Source: Vicugna vicugna (Eukaryota). Taken from it: a stretch of 64,000 nucleotides of DNA. Below the pieces are notes generated by a model. It had not been told where the DNA came from, did no database searches, and was given only the letters and a program-made list of their open reading frames with translations. Each line of letters opens with the position of its first letter. Position 1 is the stretch's first letter. This document shows positions 37,620-51,147 of this stretch, in pieces. Made by a program: the position numbers and the translations under genes. The DNA lies in NCBI GenBank assembly GCA_013265495.1, contig MU058423.1, forward strand, positions 9,781,627 through 9,845,626. Reading direction: 5' to 3'.

Positions 37620-37769
37620 CCTAGAAAATATAATCTCCTTTTGTTTTTTCCTATCACAAAGATCCCAAATACAGCTTCATAGACAGAATAGTATACAAAC
37701 TACCTGTTGGGTTGGACTTGAGGTCTGTAGCACCAGGTCCCATATTCAGAGCCTGTCTGGAGTGGACGC

Positions 37770-37950
37770 TTATGAAGTCTTCTCATACACAATATTTCAT
37801 GTGATATTTCATTTGATCCTCAAAACAAACTTGTGTGGTAGGTATTATTATTACCCTTGTGGAATAGATGAAGAAACAGGATTATCAGGGTCAATGGCTT
37901 GCACAATGTCACAGTGACTGACAAAGCCAGGACTCAGCAGAATCCTCAGA
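37770..37950 (-). mobile_element. MIR SINE
   Basis: ttcatttgatcctcaaaacaaacttgtgtggtaggtattattattaccc...agatgaagaaac. Confidence 0.75.
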
Positions 37951-38706
37951 CCACACCACCTGCTTGGAATTACTAACCAAATTCTTTCCTTCCCCCTTCT
38001 CTCCCTTTTGCTCTACTTCTCTTCATTTTTCTTTTTCTTTTTCTTTTGTTTGTTTTAGGTGCTCTATTTAATTTTTTTCAAATGCTATAATGTCAACAAG
38101 GATTGGTTTTTAAGATACACACATATATATATAAATTTATGTATATAGAAGATAATATATTTTAACATTATGTATAAAAATCAAATATACAAAATATATA
38201 TTAAACCAAATGATATAGCTAATATTCAACCAGCTTTGACCTACAAAAGTGGCAATTTCACGTGATTCAATCAATAGATAACACACAGTGAACACCTGTT
38301 TTCTTATTTGCATATCCCTTGAATTCTGTCCCTTGAGATTTACTTCCACTTCTGTCTCTCATCTGACCCCATCCTAAAGCTAGCCACTTGTCAGCTGGTT
38401 GTTCTCACCACGATACCAATCTGGGAGCAAATTGGAAAGGTTAGGGCAGATACAGTGATGTGTCTCTTGAAAAGTGAATGAGTGAGTTCGTCATGAGCAA
38501 AAACTGAAATAAAATAACCACTTCCGAGAGTAGCTTCTTAGGACTCTATTCCACTAAGAAGTTAACATGAGTCGCTATATACTATAAGGTATTCCTTTTC
38601 CCAGGATGGTTAATACTTCTTTATAAAGAACCTCCCCCAGAACAAACAACAGCTCATCATGGTGACTGTTGTTACCTAGTAAGTACATGAATCACAGTTA
38701 GTACTT

Positions 38707-39235
38707 GTGATAATTACCTCTTGTTGTGTAAAAAATTACCCTCAAATTCGGTGGCTTAGGACAACACCCAGTTATTATGTCACAGTTTGGGGCAGGGAAT
38801 CTGGGAGTGGTTTAGTTGGGTGGTTCTGGTTCGGGATCTCTCTGGTGCTGCTGTCAGGACGTGGCAGGAGCTGCAGTTATACGAAGGCTTGGCTGAGGAT
38901 GGAGGACCCATTTCCAAGATGCCTCACTCACAGGGCAATTGGCAGGAGGCATCAGTTCACCAACTGACTTTTGGCAGGAGGCCAGCACTCCTGACACATG
39001 GGTCTCTCCTCACAGCATGGAGCTAACGGGCTCCAGACCCAGCAACCTATGAGCAAGCCAGCCAATGGGAGGACACAGTGCTTCTAATGACCAAGTCTCT
39101 GCAGTCACAGGCCATCACTTCTACTCGATCCCATTCACTAGAAGCAAGTCACTGCATCCAGGGGAGGGAGATGAGGCTCCACCTCTTAAAAGGAGGAGCA
39201 TCAAGGAGGTTGCGGACACGTTCTAAAGCTGCTAC
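38707..39235 (-). mobile_element. Old MaLR LTR (MLT1F-H-like)
   Basis: aattaccctcaaattcggtggctta...ggcagggaatctgggagtgg...ttccaagatgcctcactcaca...ctccacctcttaaaaggaggag. Confidence 0.8.
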
Positions 39236-39689
39236 GCTGCATCAATGTTGTGCCAAGAAGCACTCAAATTAAGAGTCCGTGGCTCCCAAACAGTATTGAA
39301 GATCAAGTTGAGGAAGATTTTTGGCCTTCGTCTTGTACATATAGGATAGGATGCATTAAATGAGTTAAGTAAGCATCAAACACTTCTGAAAAATAGTTTA
39401 ACATAGCTGAACATAGCAGCAGAAAAGCTGCTTGGTTTATTTAAAAGATCCAAATATTTTGTTTCTTAAGCATTGTGTCCATGATGCAACCAAGGCTGTT
39501 TCTTCACGATCAGCTCACCTGCCCATGCCGGACTGGAGTTCTACCTAGCTGCTGACATTTAAATCCCAAATAATCGATAACTCGTAGAGAATTCAAAGAC
39601 AATTAACTGAAATGCATTTGTTTTATAACGAGTATGACAAATTGGGCTATCAACGTTATCCAAAGTTCTTCCTTATCTTTGCTCCTGGT

Positions 39690-39770
39690 GTGAGGGAGGG
39701 AGAGAGAGAGAGGGAGAGGGGGAGGGGGGAGGNNNNNNNNNNNNNNNNNNGAGAGAGAGAAGACAGACAG
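39690..39770. repeat. (GA)n/G-rich microsatellite containing an 18-nt assembly gap (N 39733-39750)
   Basis: Directly visible. Confidence 0.95.
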
Positions 39771-41018
39771 ACGCAGGGAACTGGAGAATCACGTCTTCAC
39801 TTCAAAAGGAAGACTCTGGAGACTGACACCAAGATGGAGGATGTTGAAAACGATGAAAATGATTAATAGTATTAATCATTATTTTCCTTCTAGTTTAATA
39901 AAGACCACATTTCCTTTGTCATCACTCATTCATTGTACACATTAAATTTCATGAAGGATTACATTATGTTATATTTGGAGAGCGGAGGGAGACTAGTCGG
40001 GGCACGGCTGCTCTGGGGCACCCTGTCTGGCTGACGTTGCTTGCAGCCCGCGGAGGTCTAAGAGGGCTCCACGGTGCACAACTGAGACAAGACCCAGGCA
40101 TCAGCCATTGGCTTCTCTCTCTCTCTCTCTCATTCTCATCTTAAATTTGGGGGAAATCTCATTTAATTTGTTTTTCATCATTGTCCATTAGGATTACTCT
40201 TTCGTGGCAGAATTAATTCACAGTCGGTTTTGATTTTTTTCCCGGAGCTTCTTCGAAAGTTCTTTGCTGGGAAGCTCAGAACCCCCTCCCCCTCTTCCAC
40301 ACGCGCTCAGCTCTCCCGCAAGAGTGTTCCTCCCTGCACTGTCCTGCTGCTTGGATTTCCTAGCCTGACAAGGTGCTTTGCTTGAGTGTGGTGCTGGCAA
40401 GAAGCCCCAAAGCCCAGCTACCTTCTCTTGTGTCCGCTCCACGCATGGGAAAATGACGCATCCTCTCTCTGTCAAAAAGAGGGGGTGCAGGCTGCTTTGC
40501 AGCAACCCCTAGTCCTCAGTTCTGCCACTTTGCAAGACTGTATTAAAGGTGTTGAGTAAAACTGAAAACGTGTGTACACAAAAAAATAAGTGAATAATTT
40601 GAATATACAATTGTCAACACACAGATTTCTTATTATGCTCAAAAATTAAATTATATATATATAGAAAGAGATGTATGTATGTTAGATAAATGAAAGTAAA
40701 ATGAAATATTTTAAAATAAACTTTGTTAATGAAATTTAACAAGATCACTGCATGTCATGAATCTCTGCTAACTTAATCCATACAACAAAAATCTTTTAAA
40801 CTATGTGCAGTGGGAAACAATCGTTGGTGAACAGAATGCTCCGCCTAGTGAAAGTTTTGTAATTTGTGAAACAATGTGTTTATTTTACATGAGCATACCT
40901 ATCCACAATATTTTCTTAAATTGTCACACAACTTCTTGTATTTTTTTTTACCATCATAACTAAGCTACTGCTGACGTATTTCAAGTGGGTGTAAGCTGGT
41001 GGGGCATTAGAAAGTGGG

Positions 41019-41656
41019 GCAGGATCATATATTAATTCCATTTTTAGTTCTTAAAGAGATCCCCACGCAGTTCTCCATAGTGGCCGCACCCATTTATGTT
41101 CCCACCAACAACAGTGTAGGAGGATTCCTTTTCTCCACAGCCTCTCCAGCATTTATTACTTACAGACTTTTTAATGATGGCCATTCTGACCAGTGAGAGG
41201 TGATACCTCACTGTGGTTTTGATTTGCATTTCTCTGATAATTAGTGTTGTGGAGCATCTTTTCATGTGCCTATTCATCATCTGCATGCCTTCTTTGGAGA
41301 AATGTCTCTTTAGGTCTACCACCCATTTATTGACTGGGTTGTTTTATGCTTTTTCGTTATGGAGTTGAATGAGCTATTTGTACATTTTGGGAATTAAGCC
41401 CCTGTTGGTCACATCACTTGCAAATATTTTCTCCCAGTCTGTAGGTTGTCTTTTCATTTTGTTAATGGTTTCTTTTGCTGTGTAAAAGCTTACAAGTTTG
41501 ATTAGGTCCCATTTGTTTATTTTTGCTTTATTTCTTTTGCCTTGGGAGACTGATCTAAGAAATTACTGCTACTATTTATTGTAGAGAATGTTTTGTTTAT
41601 CTTTCTTCTAGGAATTTCATGGCGTCATGTCTTATATTTAACTCTTTAAGCCATTT
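41019..41656 (-). mobile_element. Inverted 5' part of a twin-primed L1
   Basis: Minus ORF 41044-41322 reads [33 protein letters not shown]. Confidence 0.93.
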
Positions 41657-42125
41657 ATAAGATCCAGCAGTCCCACTCCTGGACATATAGCTGGAAAAGA
41701 CAAAAACTCTAATTTGAAAAGATACATGCACACCAAAGCTCACAGCAGCACTATTAACAATAGCCAAGACATGGAAGCAACCTGAGTGTCCATCAACAGA
41801 TGACTGGGTAAAGAAGAAGATGTGGTTTTATATATACAATAGAGTGTTATTCAGCCAGAAAAAGAATGAAATACTACCATTTGCAGCAACATGGATGAAC
41901 CTAGAGATTATCATACTGAGTGAAGCAAGACAGAGAAAGACAAATACATGATATCACTTATTTTTGGAATCTAAAAAATAATACAAATGAACTTATTTAC
42001 AAAACAGAAATAGATTCACAGACATAGAAAACAAATTTATGGTTACCAAAGGGGAAAGTGGCGGGGAGGGGTAAAGCAGGAATATGGGATTAACAGGTAC
42101 ACACTACTATATATAAAATATATAA
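41657..42125 (+). mobile_element. Sense 3' part of the same L1, lacking the distal 3' UTR and poly-A
   Basis: gatccagcagtcccactcctgg...caatagccaagacatggaagcaacc...ggttaccaaagggg; stops at actatatataaaatatata. Confidence 0.93.
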
Positions 42126-42315
42126 AGAATAGGGGAGGACACGAGAACAATTTTTCATTGCATATAGAACTATTCTGTGCACTACAGAGCACGTAGCATC
42201 CCTGTTCCTTGTCCTTAAATGTCAGTAGAAGGTCCAACTCATTACAATGGCTTAATTCCCATATACAATTTCCAAATATCTCCTGCAGTGAGGCATTCTA
42301 CTGAAAACTACTGAA
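42126..42315. mobile_element. MER20-like hAT DNA transposon remnant (its left part lies at ~40975-41018)
   Basis: ctgtgcactacagagcacgtagcatccctg...aatgtcagtag...tccaaatatctcct...tgaaaactactg. Confidence 0.5.
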
Positions 42316-45162
42316 CTATGGGGAAACAATGGGAGAGGTTGGACTGGTTTGGCTCCTTCAGTAAGGAGGCAGACCCCAGTTGCTACCAGCAATTGAACTT
42401 AGAAAATGAGCCACATCACCTTTTGGGCCTGGTCATGATATCACAACACAGGGGAAAAAAAAACCCACACTCTATCACCACTTCAGCTTCATCTACAGGT
42501 GAACATAGAAATTTAGATATTTCTTCTGTCTTTAATGAGCTGCTTACATGCACGTATATTTCTACATAGCATTCTCTGCTGTTCCAAACATTTAATTTAG
42601 ACTCTAAGGTTTTGATTCTGCAAGACTTTGCCATCTTGACTAGCTGAAGGAGTTTGAGCTATTCATTTATTTATTTTCATAAGGATCATAATTGAAATAT
42701 ATTAAATGTTAATAATTCTGCATACACTTTTCCACTACTTGGACTCATGCTTACCTAGTCAAGTGGTTTTTACATTAAGAATATTTTATTTTGTAAATTT
42801 TCCAAACTAAGTGGTGGGGGTAATAGGGAATGTCCTTGGAATTTGAGTTCCTGCTGCAGATCAGAGTTCAGGATGTCCTTCTCTTTCATCATATTCCTCC
42901 AGTCAGAAGTTCCTTGTCAGGTTTTTGACAAGAGTTTATTGACAGAGAACATCTAAAGAAATGTTTAATATTATGACGGAATTGGGAGGTAGGGGAGCAG
43001 GCACAGAGCTGCAGGAGGAGTTGTGGCTATGGTACCCACTGAACTGTGATGTCCTATTTCCGCAATCATAACACCTCTCTCTGGGACAGATATAGTCAGC
43101 CATTGGCTATCTGGTTGTGCCTGCAACAGGGTGGAAGTGGCAATGTTTGATAACCTCTCTCGAGCCAGAGGTAGCATTTAAAAAAGAAAGGTCCCTGTGG
43201 ATGCTAGGTGCAATACAAGTAAAAAAAAAATGATGTTTCTGACATTCCAAACAATAACTCAGGGTGCAAGATGTCAATTTCTGGTAAAGACAAAGTTAGC
43301 TTTGTGATGAGAATGTGTGGCGCTTCCACAGAGCACACAGTCATGAACAAGCTGATTTCAAAATCATTTATTCTTTCTCCCTATCCCAACAGGAAAACAT
43401 GTTTCCAAATCATCGAAGCCAAGAGTTCAGGAGCTACACGATTTTCCCCTGCTTCATCTTTGTAGAGGTAAGAAAATTTTGGAAATTCACTCTTAGAATA
43501 TGTATTATGCAAAGGAAATATGCTACCCCTTTAAAAATGACTCCATATACCCTCCTCTGTGTACCCTGAAGCGGTAACTGTAGCAATCTGTAATGCCGTG
43601 GGCTTGTTTTCATCGGAAACGTTTTGTGGTCATGGTGATTATGAACACGTGTGCCATATTTGTATGCCTTTCCAGATCGAGAGTTACAGTCTCATTATTT
43701 CATCAATGCACTTCCTTCTCTCTGCTTCCACTTTCCAATATCTACCCTTCTCCACACAAGTTCTTCCCTATCTCAGGAACTCTCAGCGCCATAGTGTTGG
43801 CTTCACTTGATTAATATAGCCAGACCTGCTCCTAAACTAGCCAGCAAACCCTGAGGTCAATGCCATGCATTTCAGGATCTTCTGCCTCTCTTCCTGGACC
43901 ATCACCAATCACCTGTTTTGGTTCCCTCCACCTCATTTTGCTTTTCTCACCTTCTTTTCCATCCCATGCTCTTCATTCAGACTCACTATGCTTATCAAGG
44001 ATTTTAAGGAATTTGGGCTGATAGGAAGTTAGGGTACATCTACAAGACTTTGGTATAACACAAGCCGATCGTGTACTCCCATGAAAGAGTTCATGGGAGA
44101 GTTAACATGCATCTGGACAAACCGTTCCTCCTATTGGCCTTTTTAGATTGTGTGTGTATAAACAATATACTCTTAATACATCAACAACACTGGTGAAGGG
44201 ACACCCTATTGAAACCTGTCTGGCCAGCCCAAACTCCTGCTGTACATTTACTTTTTCATGAAGTATATACAATATTAGAGATACCGTAAATACATTTTAC
44301 CATGACATCTTTATCATATGTATATTATTTCCATGTTATAAGGGATAAAAATAACAATCTTAATTAAGGCAGAAATGCTTGATTGGTAATTGCTTCTTGC
44401 AATGGTGGCTTTAACAGGATTATAGCTTAGTACCCAGACATTACAATTGCTTTCTTGGAGTCAACCCCCCATTTTCATGACTGCGATGCAGTTTTCTAGT
44501 ACCCTTCTAAAAATGATTCAGGGCAGTCCTATGTATTGGGAGACAAGGGTATCAGGATGTCTAGGGGAGGGAAAATGATGACATAATCTGGCAAATGGGT
44601 TTTTTCCCAATCTTTCAAACTTTTCAGTCATCTGAATTGAAGAGAAATTTGCAAGCTTCAACTATTTTCTGTCTCTGCTTAACTCTCTGTTTTCCTGGAC
44701 GTAGTCTGCAGATAACTTAGCAACTGTCCCCAACTCACCCTAAAGCATTTGTGTGGCAAGAAATATTTTCAGTATAAGTCCTGTGTGTTTCCTGCTTAAA
44801 ATTTTAAAATTTATTCCCTCTCTGTTTAGAGGGCTACCTCTTTATTTTCTTCATTTGTATAACCAAGCTTCTGGATCTTTCTGGAAAAGCATGGTATTTC
44901 AAAAACAACTTTTTAATTAATGACTTAACACTTTGTATGTTCATATGAATGAAATGCCCATGTGCTTTTATTTTTTTTCTTTTCTGGAATTTAGACTTTA
45001 TCATGTGGTAGTGATCTATCGTAGCATTGACACATAATGTGGGATAATCCCCAAACTGAGACATGTATATTTTATAAGGCTTTTAATTGATAATTTTTAA
45101 CTTGTCATTTTTTTCTATTTCAACATGGGTAAAACCGATAAATAATATTAATCATTTGAACC

Positions 45163-45658
45163 TGGCAGTTTCTCTCCTTGACCAAACTGTACTCAGGCTC
45201 CCTTGAGCCCCTTTTGAACTAGCCCTTGACTTTTGACTTGGTGTTCACCTCTGCACTTTTCAATTTTAGCATGAGTTCTGCAAGTCAGTTTAAGCAGAAT
45301 CCCGCATGCTCCGTATCTGGTCACCCTTGATGTACAGTCAGTCTGCTCATCCTCTTCCGTCTCCCAGGTGGGGTCAGAGCACCCCGGCCTGCTTTCAGCA
45401 AGAGTCCCTTGGGTGGGTTTAACCAGAATCTCCCCTTACCCTTGATGTTTCCTCTTAGTAATTTTCCGTCCACTGATCTCCACCCTTTTCCTTGGCTATA
45501 AATTCCCACTTTTCCATGCGTGTTCTGTGTTACAAACTGAACTCAGTCTCTCTCCCCAACTGCAAGATCCCATCGCAGTGGTTTCTATACCTATTGCAAT
45601 ACTCAAAGTCCTCCTTGTGCTCCCCAACAAATATAATGAGTAATTTTTTTCTTTAACA
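45163..45658 (+). mobile_element. MER31-like ERV1 solo LTR
   Basis: tctctccttgaccaaact..tcaggctcc start, ccttggctataaattcccac TATA region, ttctttaaca end; flanks AACC/AGCC. Confidence 0.8.
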
Positions 45659-47079
45659 AGCCTTATGCCCAAGTTTTATTAGCCCCATGTAACTTATATT
45701 TGTGGAATGAACAAATGACTGTACCTAAATGTGCTGGAAACTGTAGATTACTGAATCAACACCCCACAGTCACTCAGCATCAGCGATGAGCATGACCAGA
45801 ACACTCACTCGCGCCCGGTCCTGTGCTAGACTCTAGGGGTACGGGCAGATATAAGAGCTCTCCACGGCAAGTCGAAGATGACAGTTGTTTAGAAGGAAAA
45901 AATAGATGCCCAAAATGGCAAATAACTATTTATGGCTGCTTTAGGTCAATTTGTTCATTTCAAGGCTTACATTAAATCCCGATCTTCTCTTTAAAATTAA
46001 GCTTTATCTAAAATTGTCTCCATAAGTCCCCCAGGGAAATCTTATTTACCTCTACTTCTTCAAAATTGTCAGGACAGAGAAATTTGTAAGCAGATAAAAT
46101 AAATGAGGAAATGGAACAACATTGCCAAGTGACTCCTTTTATGTATTTGAATTTCTTATATTTACACAACTTACTGGGTAACAAGCATGCATCCTATCTT
46201 AAAAATTCACCATGAAAAGTAGATAATGTTTCCTATTCTAATTTACTGTAGACTAATAGGATTTTTATCTAATTCATATTCCATCTGACACATTTCAACT
46301 CAGCTGGCTCTAAAATTTTTGTGACTCCTGCTGATTCTTCACCTCTCTCTCTCATGTTCCCTTTTATCTTCTGAGAGGCACATTTTTAAAGAGTTCCTTC
46401 TAAAGGAACAAAGAGCAGTGTTGTTGCTGCAGACAATACTCTTTTCATCAGACAATTTCAATTGCTTTGGTAACCTGGCAATTTACATTCACTCCCTTCA
46501 GGTAGCATTCAGACTCCACCAAAGCACCTTCACTGGCAGGTTTATTGCGTTTCCATTCCTAGGGGTCTTGTGCTGAGACAACTTTAGACGCAGCCCTTCC
46601 ATCCAATCACAACTCCTGGACTCAGTAACCCCCTGCTGGGATTCTTAAATCCATTGCAAGGTGGTTTGATGATTGACATTGTCAACTTTCTACAGGAATA
46701 ATAAGAGCACAAAAGTTTAGAGGATTTGACATTTTAAGTCTCTTTAAGAATTGGCCAATTAAAAATAACTACAAAAAGCACCTTCCAAACAAAAGCTTTT
46801 CTCTATACAATGAAGGGCTTAATGGTCCACTTTATAAAATCTACATCACCAAAGAAAGACAACCCGTCAAGCCCGTAGAAGTAGCTGTAGGAAGATCTTC
46901 TCACAAATGCTTGGGTTTTTTTTTGTCACTTGGCTCATTTTTAAGCAGGAAAAAAATGCTGTACTTTAACTGAGGCTTCTAAATACTGATAGAAATGGCG
47001 GCCAGGCAACGTGGTAGGAAGTCCTCTCTACTAAGATGCCCAGGTTCCCCAGGGATCCCTTGGTGCAGAGTAAATTTTG

Positions 47080-47300
47080 TCTGGTGGACAATCACATTTT
47101 GGAGTCAATCCATCTCCTAGCAGAAGTAGAAGCTTCGGAAGTTACTTTAATCTCTCTCTGAGACTCAGTTTCCACATTTGTAAAATGGAAATAATTAAAG
47201 TGGGTTGTTCACAGGATTTTCACAAGGAATCAATAAATCATTTTACGTAATATATTTAGCACAATACCTAGCACATATTTGGCTCTCAATGATGTTAGGT
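47080..47300 (+). mobile_element. MIR SINE
   Basis: aagttactttaatctctctctgagactcagtttccacatttgtaaaatggaaataat. Confidence 0.85.
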
Positions 47301-47404
47301 AATGTGTTTTATTTATTCAATGAATGTCTATTGTCCTAGACCTTTTTGAAGATTCCAAACTGAGTATTCTTGCCCTTAAGGACCACGCAATTTAATACAA
47401 GAGA

Positions 47405-47887
47405 AAACCTCATAGTCCAGTCATTTAAACTAGCAGAATTTACAGTGGCCAACGCAGGAAGCCACATTTTCTTTCAGTAATTCGCTCTTCTGACCAGTTG
47501 ATTATACCGGGAGTTGATATCCAATTCAAGGTGAACCTGTCAGTTCATGACACTGAGGAATTTGGAACGGATTTTAAGAAATACAAATCAGTCTCTGAAA
47601 TTTGCCTGAATTGAGGACAAGCATATCCAGGAATTATGGAAATCACGGTCAAGTGTTTCCAAAACAAATCAGAGAAATCGGATATGCTGGGGAAAAAAAA
47701 GACTAAGTCTATAGCTGGCTTCCTTTCTGGTGGTTTTCCAATTTCTGATTCCATGTCTTGTGGAAGCAAGCTGCACTTTCTGCCTATGGGTTACACTAAA
47801 AACCTGTATCTTAATAGTTAATTTTCCTTTTTGTTTAAGTTTGTATGACTTAAATTGTTACTTAAAACCAAAGTGCTTTAACTAAGA
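47405..47887 (+). mobile_element. Very old ERVL-type LTR (LTR33/LTR67-like)
   Basis: 3' end ttcctttttgtttaagtt...gttacttaaaaccaaagtgctttaactaaga resembles old ERVL LTR ends; family uncertain. Confidence 0.4.
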
Positions 47888-48902
47888 CCCACGATTTGAT
47901 AGGACTGAACTGCTGTTTAGAGATCTGGAAACAAAGTCAGATCTGACAAAGGATTTGTTGTCAGTTACAGCAATGAAAGGAGCAATGGAAAGAAAAGGCT
48001 GAAAGATGAACCAAAACTGAATCGCGAGGGTGGTGCATACCCAGAGTCCAGACCTAACTCTGTTGAATGTGTTACAGCAGACTTTTATTCTCAGCCATTC
48101 TGCTATGAAAATCTGAGCCCAGGGTACCTTTACGAAAGGCATTGTAGGGTTTCTTACAATAATTGTCAAAGCCCATGGATACTGTAATTTGCAAATGATA
48201 CTTAATATCATTTTGCTAATGATAGAAACCCCTGTCCCAGTATTCTGTGTCCTAGCAATGCCTAGTATAGTGTTCTAATCTATTTTTTGCATGGAATATG
48301 GTAGTGAATACATGCTAATTACCTAATAAAATATATACTTTGCATAATTAATAAGTACTGAGTTTCAAGAAAATGTTTGATTGAATTTATGGTAATACTT
48401 TATGATAATGATATACACTAATTAACCAAAATAAAATATATAAGTTATCTTCTGATATTCTCTAGTTATTAGTTACTGTCATGGATTTGAGACTTCGATT
48501 TTGTTAATTAAAAAATAATAAACAAATAATCTATAGGTGATTTTGAGATTTAGGGAGATTTCTTCAGTAATAAAGATAATTTTATATAAATATATCTTTT
48601 ATTCTGACTCTTATGTGTTGTTTGAATATCAGAAATACTTAACTTCTCATATTGCAGCTTATTTTCTGAAAAGCTTAAGCACTGACTCCAAAGGCAAAGA
48701 GATCTAAATTTAGTCCTCTAGATATGGATTGAATGAGAACCTCCAAATTTGTACCTAAAAACCTTAAAAATTAGGAAAAATGTCAAATTCTTTACCATGT
48801 AACAATTTCTTTTCCAAAAAAGGATTCTGTCCTTTTAGAAATATCTGCTAATGTATTTATGTACTTAAAAATATGTATTATATTTATTTCAAAATTCTTG
48901 CT

Positions 48903-49705
48903 CAGGGCTTTGTATCAGCCCAAGATGGAGGGACAAGAACTGTATTTACACCCCCACCTGAAACAACTTTAAGTGGTAGACATTGTACATCAAACAACAG
49001 TTGTCCGGTTGTTAGGCATCAGGCAGTGCAGGGAAATGAACGTGAGGCAGAAGAACAATTAGAGTGGTCTGACACTTGGCCCAGCCTTCCCAGAGACAGC
49101 TTCCAGGACACAGGCCAGGGAGGAGGGAGCCAAGCAGAGCCCAGGGTTTTCCCTGAGTTGAGATAATAAAGTTGGGAGTCCAGGAACAGAGTACTGCTTA
49201 AGAGAGAGAGAGAAGGAGAAAGAGGGAAGGAGAGAGAGAGAGAAGTAAATGATAAGCAAATTGTTGCACATCCATATCCATATACCATAGGATCCTCAGA
49301 AATAAAAAGGAATAAATTATGAATGCAGCAACACAGATAATTTCAATTACAACAAGTGGAAGAAGTCACAGCCTTGAAAAGGGCTACATCCTCTATGATT
49401 TTATTTATACACATATTTCTAAAATATGAAAAGTAGTATATAGTGAAATAATATACAGATCAGTCTTTGAGGGTGGAAAAGGAAGGTGGCAAGACAAAGA
49501 AGTGATGTATAAAGGACGGAGAAAGCCTTTGATCTGATGGATTTGTTCATCATCTTGATTATGGTGATGCTTTCATGGGTGTATATATTGTCAAACTTAT
49601 CACATATGCGCAGTATACTGTATACATGTATTTACATGCAATATATTGTATACGTGCAGTCAAACTGTATACATGTATCAATTTTATCTAATAAAACTGA
49701 AAAAT
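48903..49705 (+). mobile_element. Old L1: 5' end, GA tract, then L1MC/MD-like 3' end
   Basis: ccaagatggagggacaagaactg..tttacacccccacctgaaacaac (5' end); gatggatttgttcatcatcttgattatggtgatg..ttcatgggtgtatat (3' UTR). Confidence 0.7.
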
Positions 49706-50319
49706 GATTTTTAAAAGCAAAAAAGAGCTTTTAAAAATATGAGCAGTTTAGCATTTTAAAATTTTCAATTAAATAAAACTAATCTAGGCCAATTTACTTT
49801 AAAACACCTATAAACAATCTTGAATGTCCTTAGATGGAATGAAAATAGGAGTCATGTCATTAATTATTTATCAATATTGTTTCAGGATAATTATCTCTAG
49901 ACCTAATAAATCATTATAATGTTTATCATTTAAATCTGTGTTCCTTGTTTCTTTATTCATTTATCTATGAAGTATGTTATTTTTAATTAAAAACTGATCC
50001 AAATAGCCAACGTATTAGATAAAGGCAAAAACATATTTTATTAATATGCCATTTACTGATGAGATTATCCATTTATACATAAGCTATTACAGGCAAACGC
50101 TTCCTTCGTCTTTTTTTAATCAGACAAATTTAAGTAATTTACTAATTTTATGAATATTTATGAATGGAGAAACAAAACTTAGCCCATCTCCTTATCATTT
50201 CCCATTAAAAACCTGTTGTAGGAAATACATAGCACTCAGCTTGATACAGTGAACAGGGCCCTCCACATGGGGGACAGTTTTATTTAAGTTCCTTAATTGA
50301 TAAACTATCATGTGACCAC

Positions 50320-50590
50320 AGAGTGGAATGCTGCTCAGCCATAAAAACTACTGACACATACAGTAACGTGGATGAATCTCAAAGACTCAAAGACGTGCTG
50401 AGTGAGTAAGCAGTCTCGGTAGATCACATACAGTGTGATTCCATTTATACGGCATTCTGAAAAAGGCAGACAATTAGGCCAGAATACAGATCAGTGGTAA
50501 CCAGAAGTTAGGGATGGGGAGAGTCTGACTACAAAGGGTCAGCAGGAGGGAAATCTTTGGGGTGTTGGAATTCTTGCGTATCTTGTCTGT
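50320..50590 (+). mobile_element. Old L1 3' UTR fragment (L1MB/MC-like)
   Basis: tggaatgctgctcagccataaaaa...gtggatgaatctcaaa...gtgtgattccatttata...cagatcagtggt. Confidence 0.8.
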
Positions 50591-51007
50591 GTTCACAGAA
50601 AGCTTTCTTTTAAAGGTCTCATGTCTCAAATCAGCAAGGTTGAAAACATGCTGACTTTGTTATCATTCAATTTATGATTTAAGAGAACCATTTTTCAAAT
50701 TAATAAAGTGCCTCAGAAGGCTGTACTTAGTTAACAAAGAACCTGGCCTTTATATTGGTAGCATGAAAATTCTAGTAATTTACAGTGAAAAGGTTCCCCA
50801 TTGGATTCCTCTGCAAGTTTTCGGTGATCATTAACTCTACTGTGACATTTTGTCAACATGTCCAGGCTTTGCCCTTTGTGGATAATACAAACTGCATTCT
50901 CTCAACCTGTCAATGTATTTGGATTTTAGAGCTATTATTTAAAAAGATTCATTCCATGTTATCTTGTGGTGGTAGCAGCTTATAAATGGTTATCTGTGGG
51001 GAAAGTT

Positions 51008-51147
51008 CTTTTTTATTGAAGTATGATTGATTTACAATGTTGTGTTAGTTTCAGGTGTACAGCATAGTGATCCAATTATACATATATATGTATTACTTTT
51101 TAGATTCTTTTCCACTATAGGTTATTACAAGATATTGAATATAGTTT
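51008..51147 (-). mobile_element. L1 3' tip (~140 bp)
   Basis: Similar to 9540-9675; imperfect flanking repeat ggaaagttctt / ggaaagatcctt. Confidence 0.85.

Noticed and set aside
39612..39866. ORF ending MEDVENDEND
   Set aside because: It spans a GA microsatellite and an assembly gap; no recognisable homology
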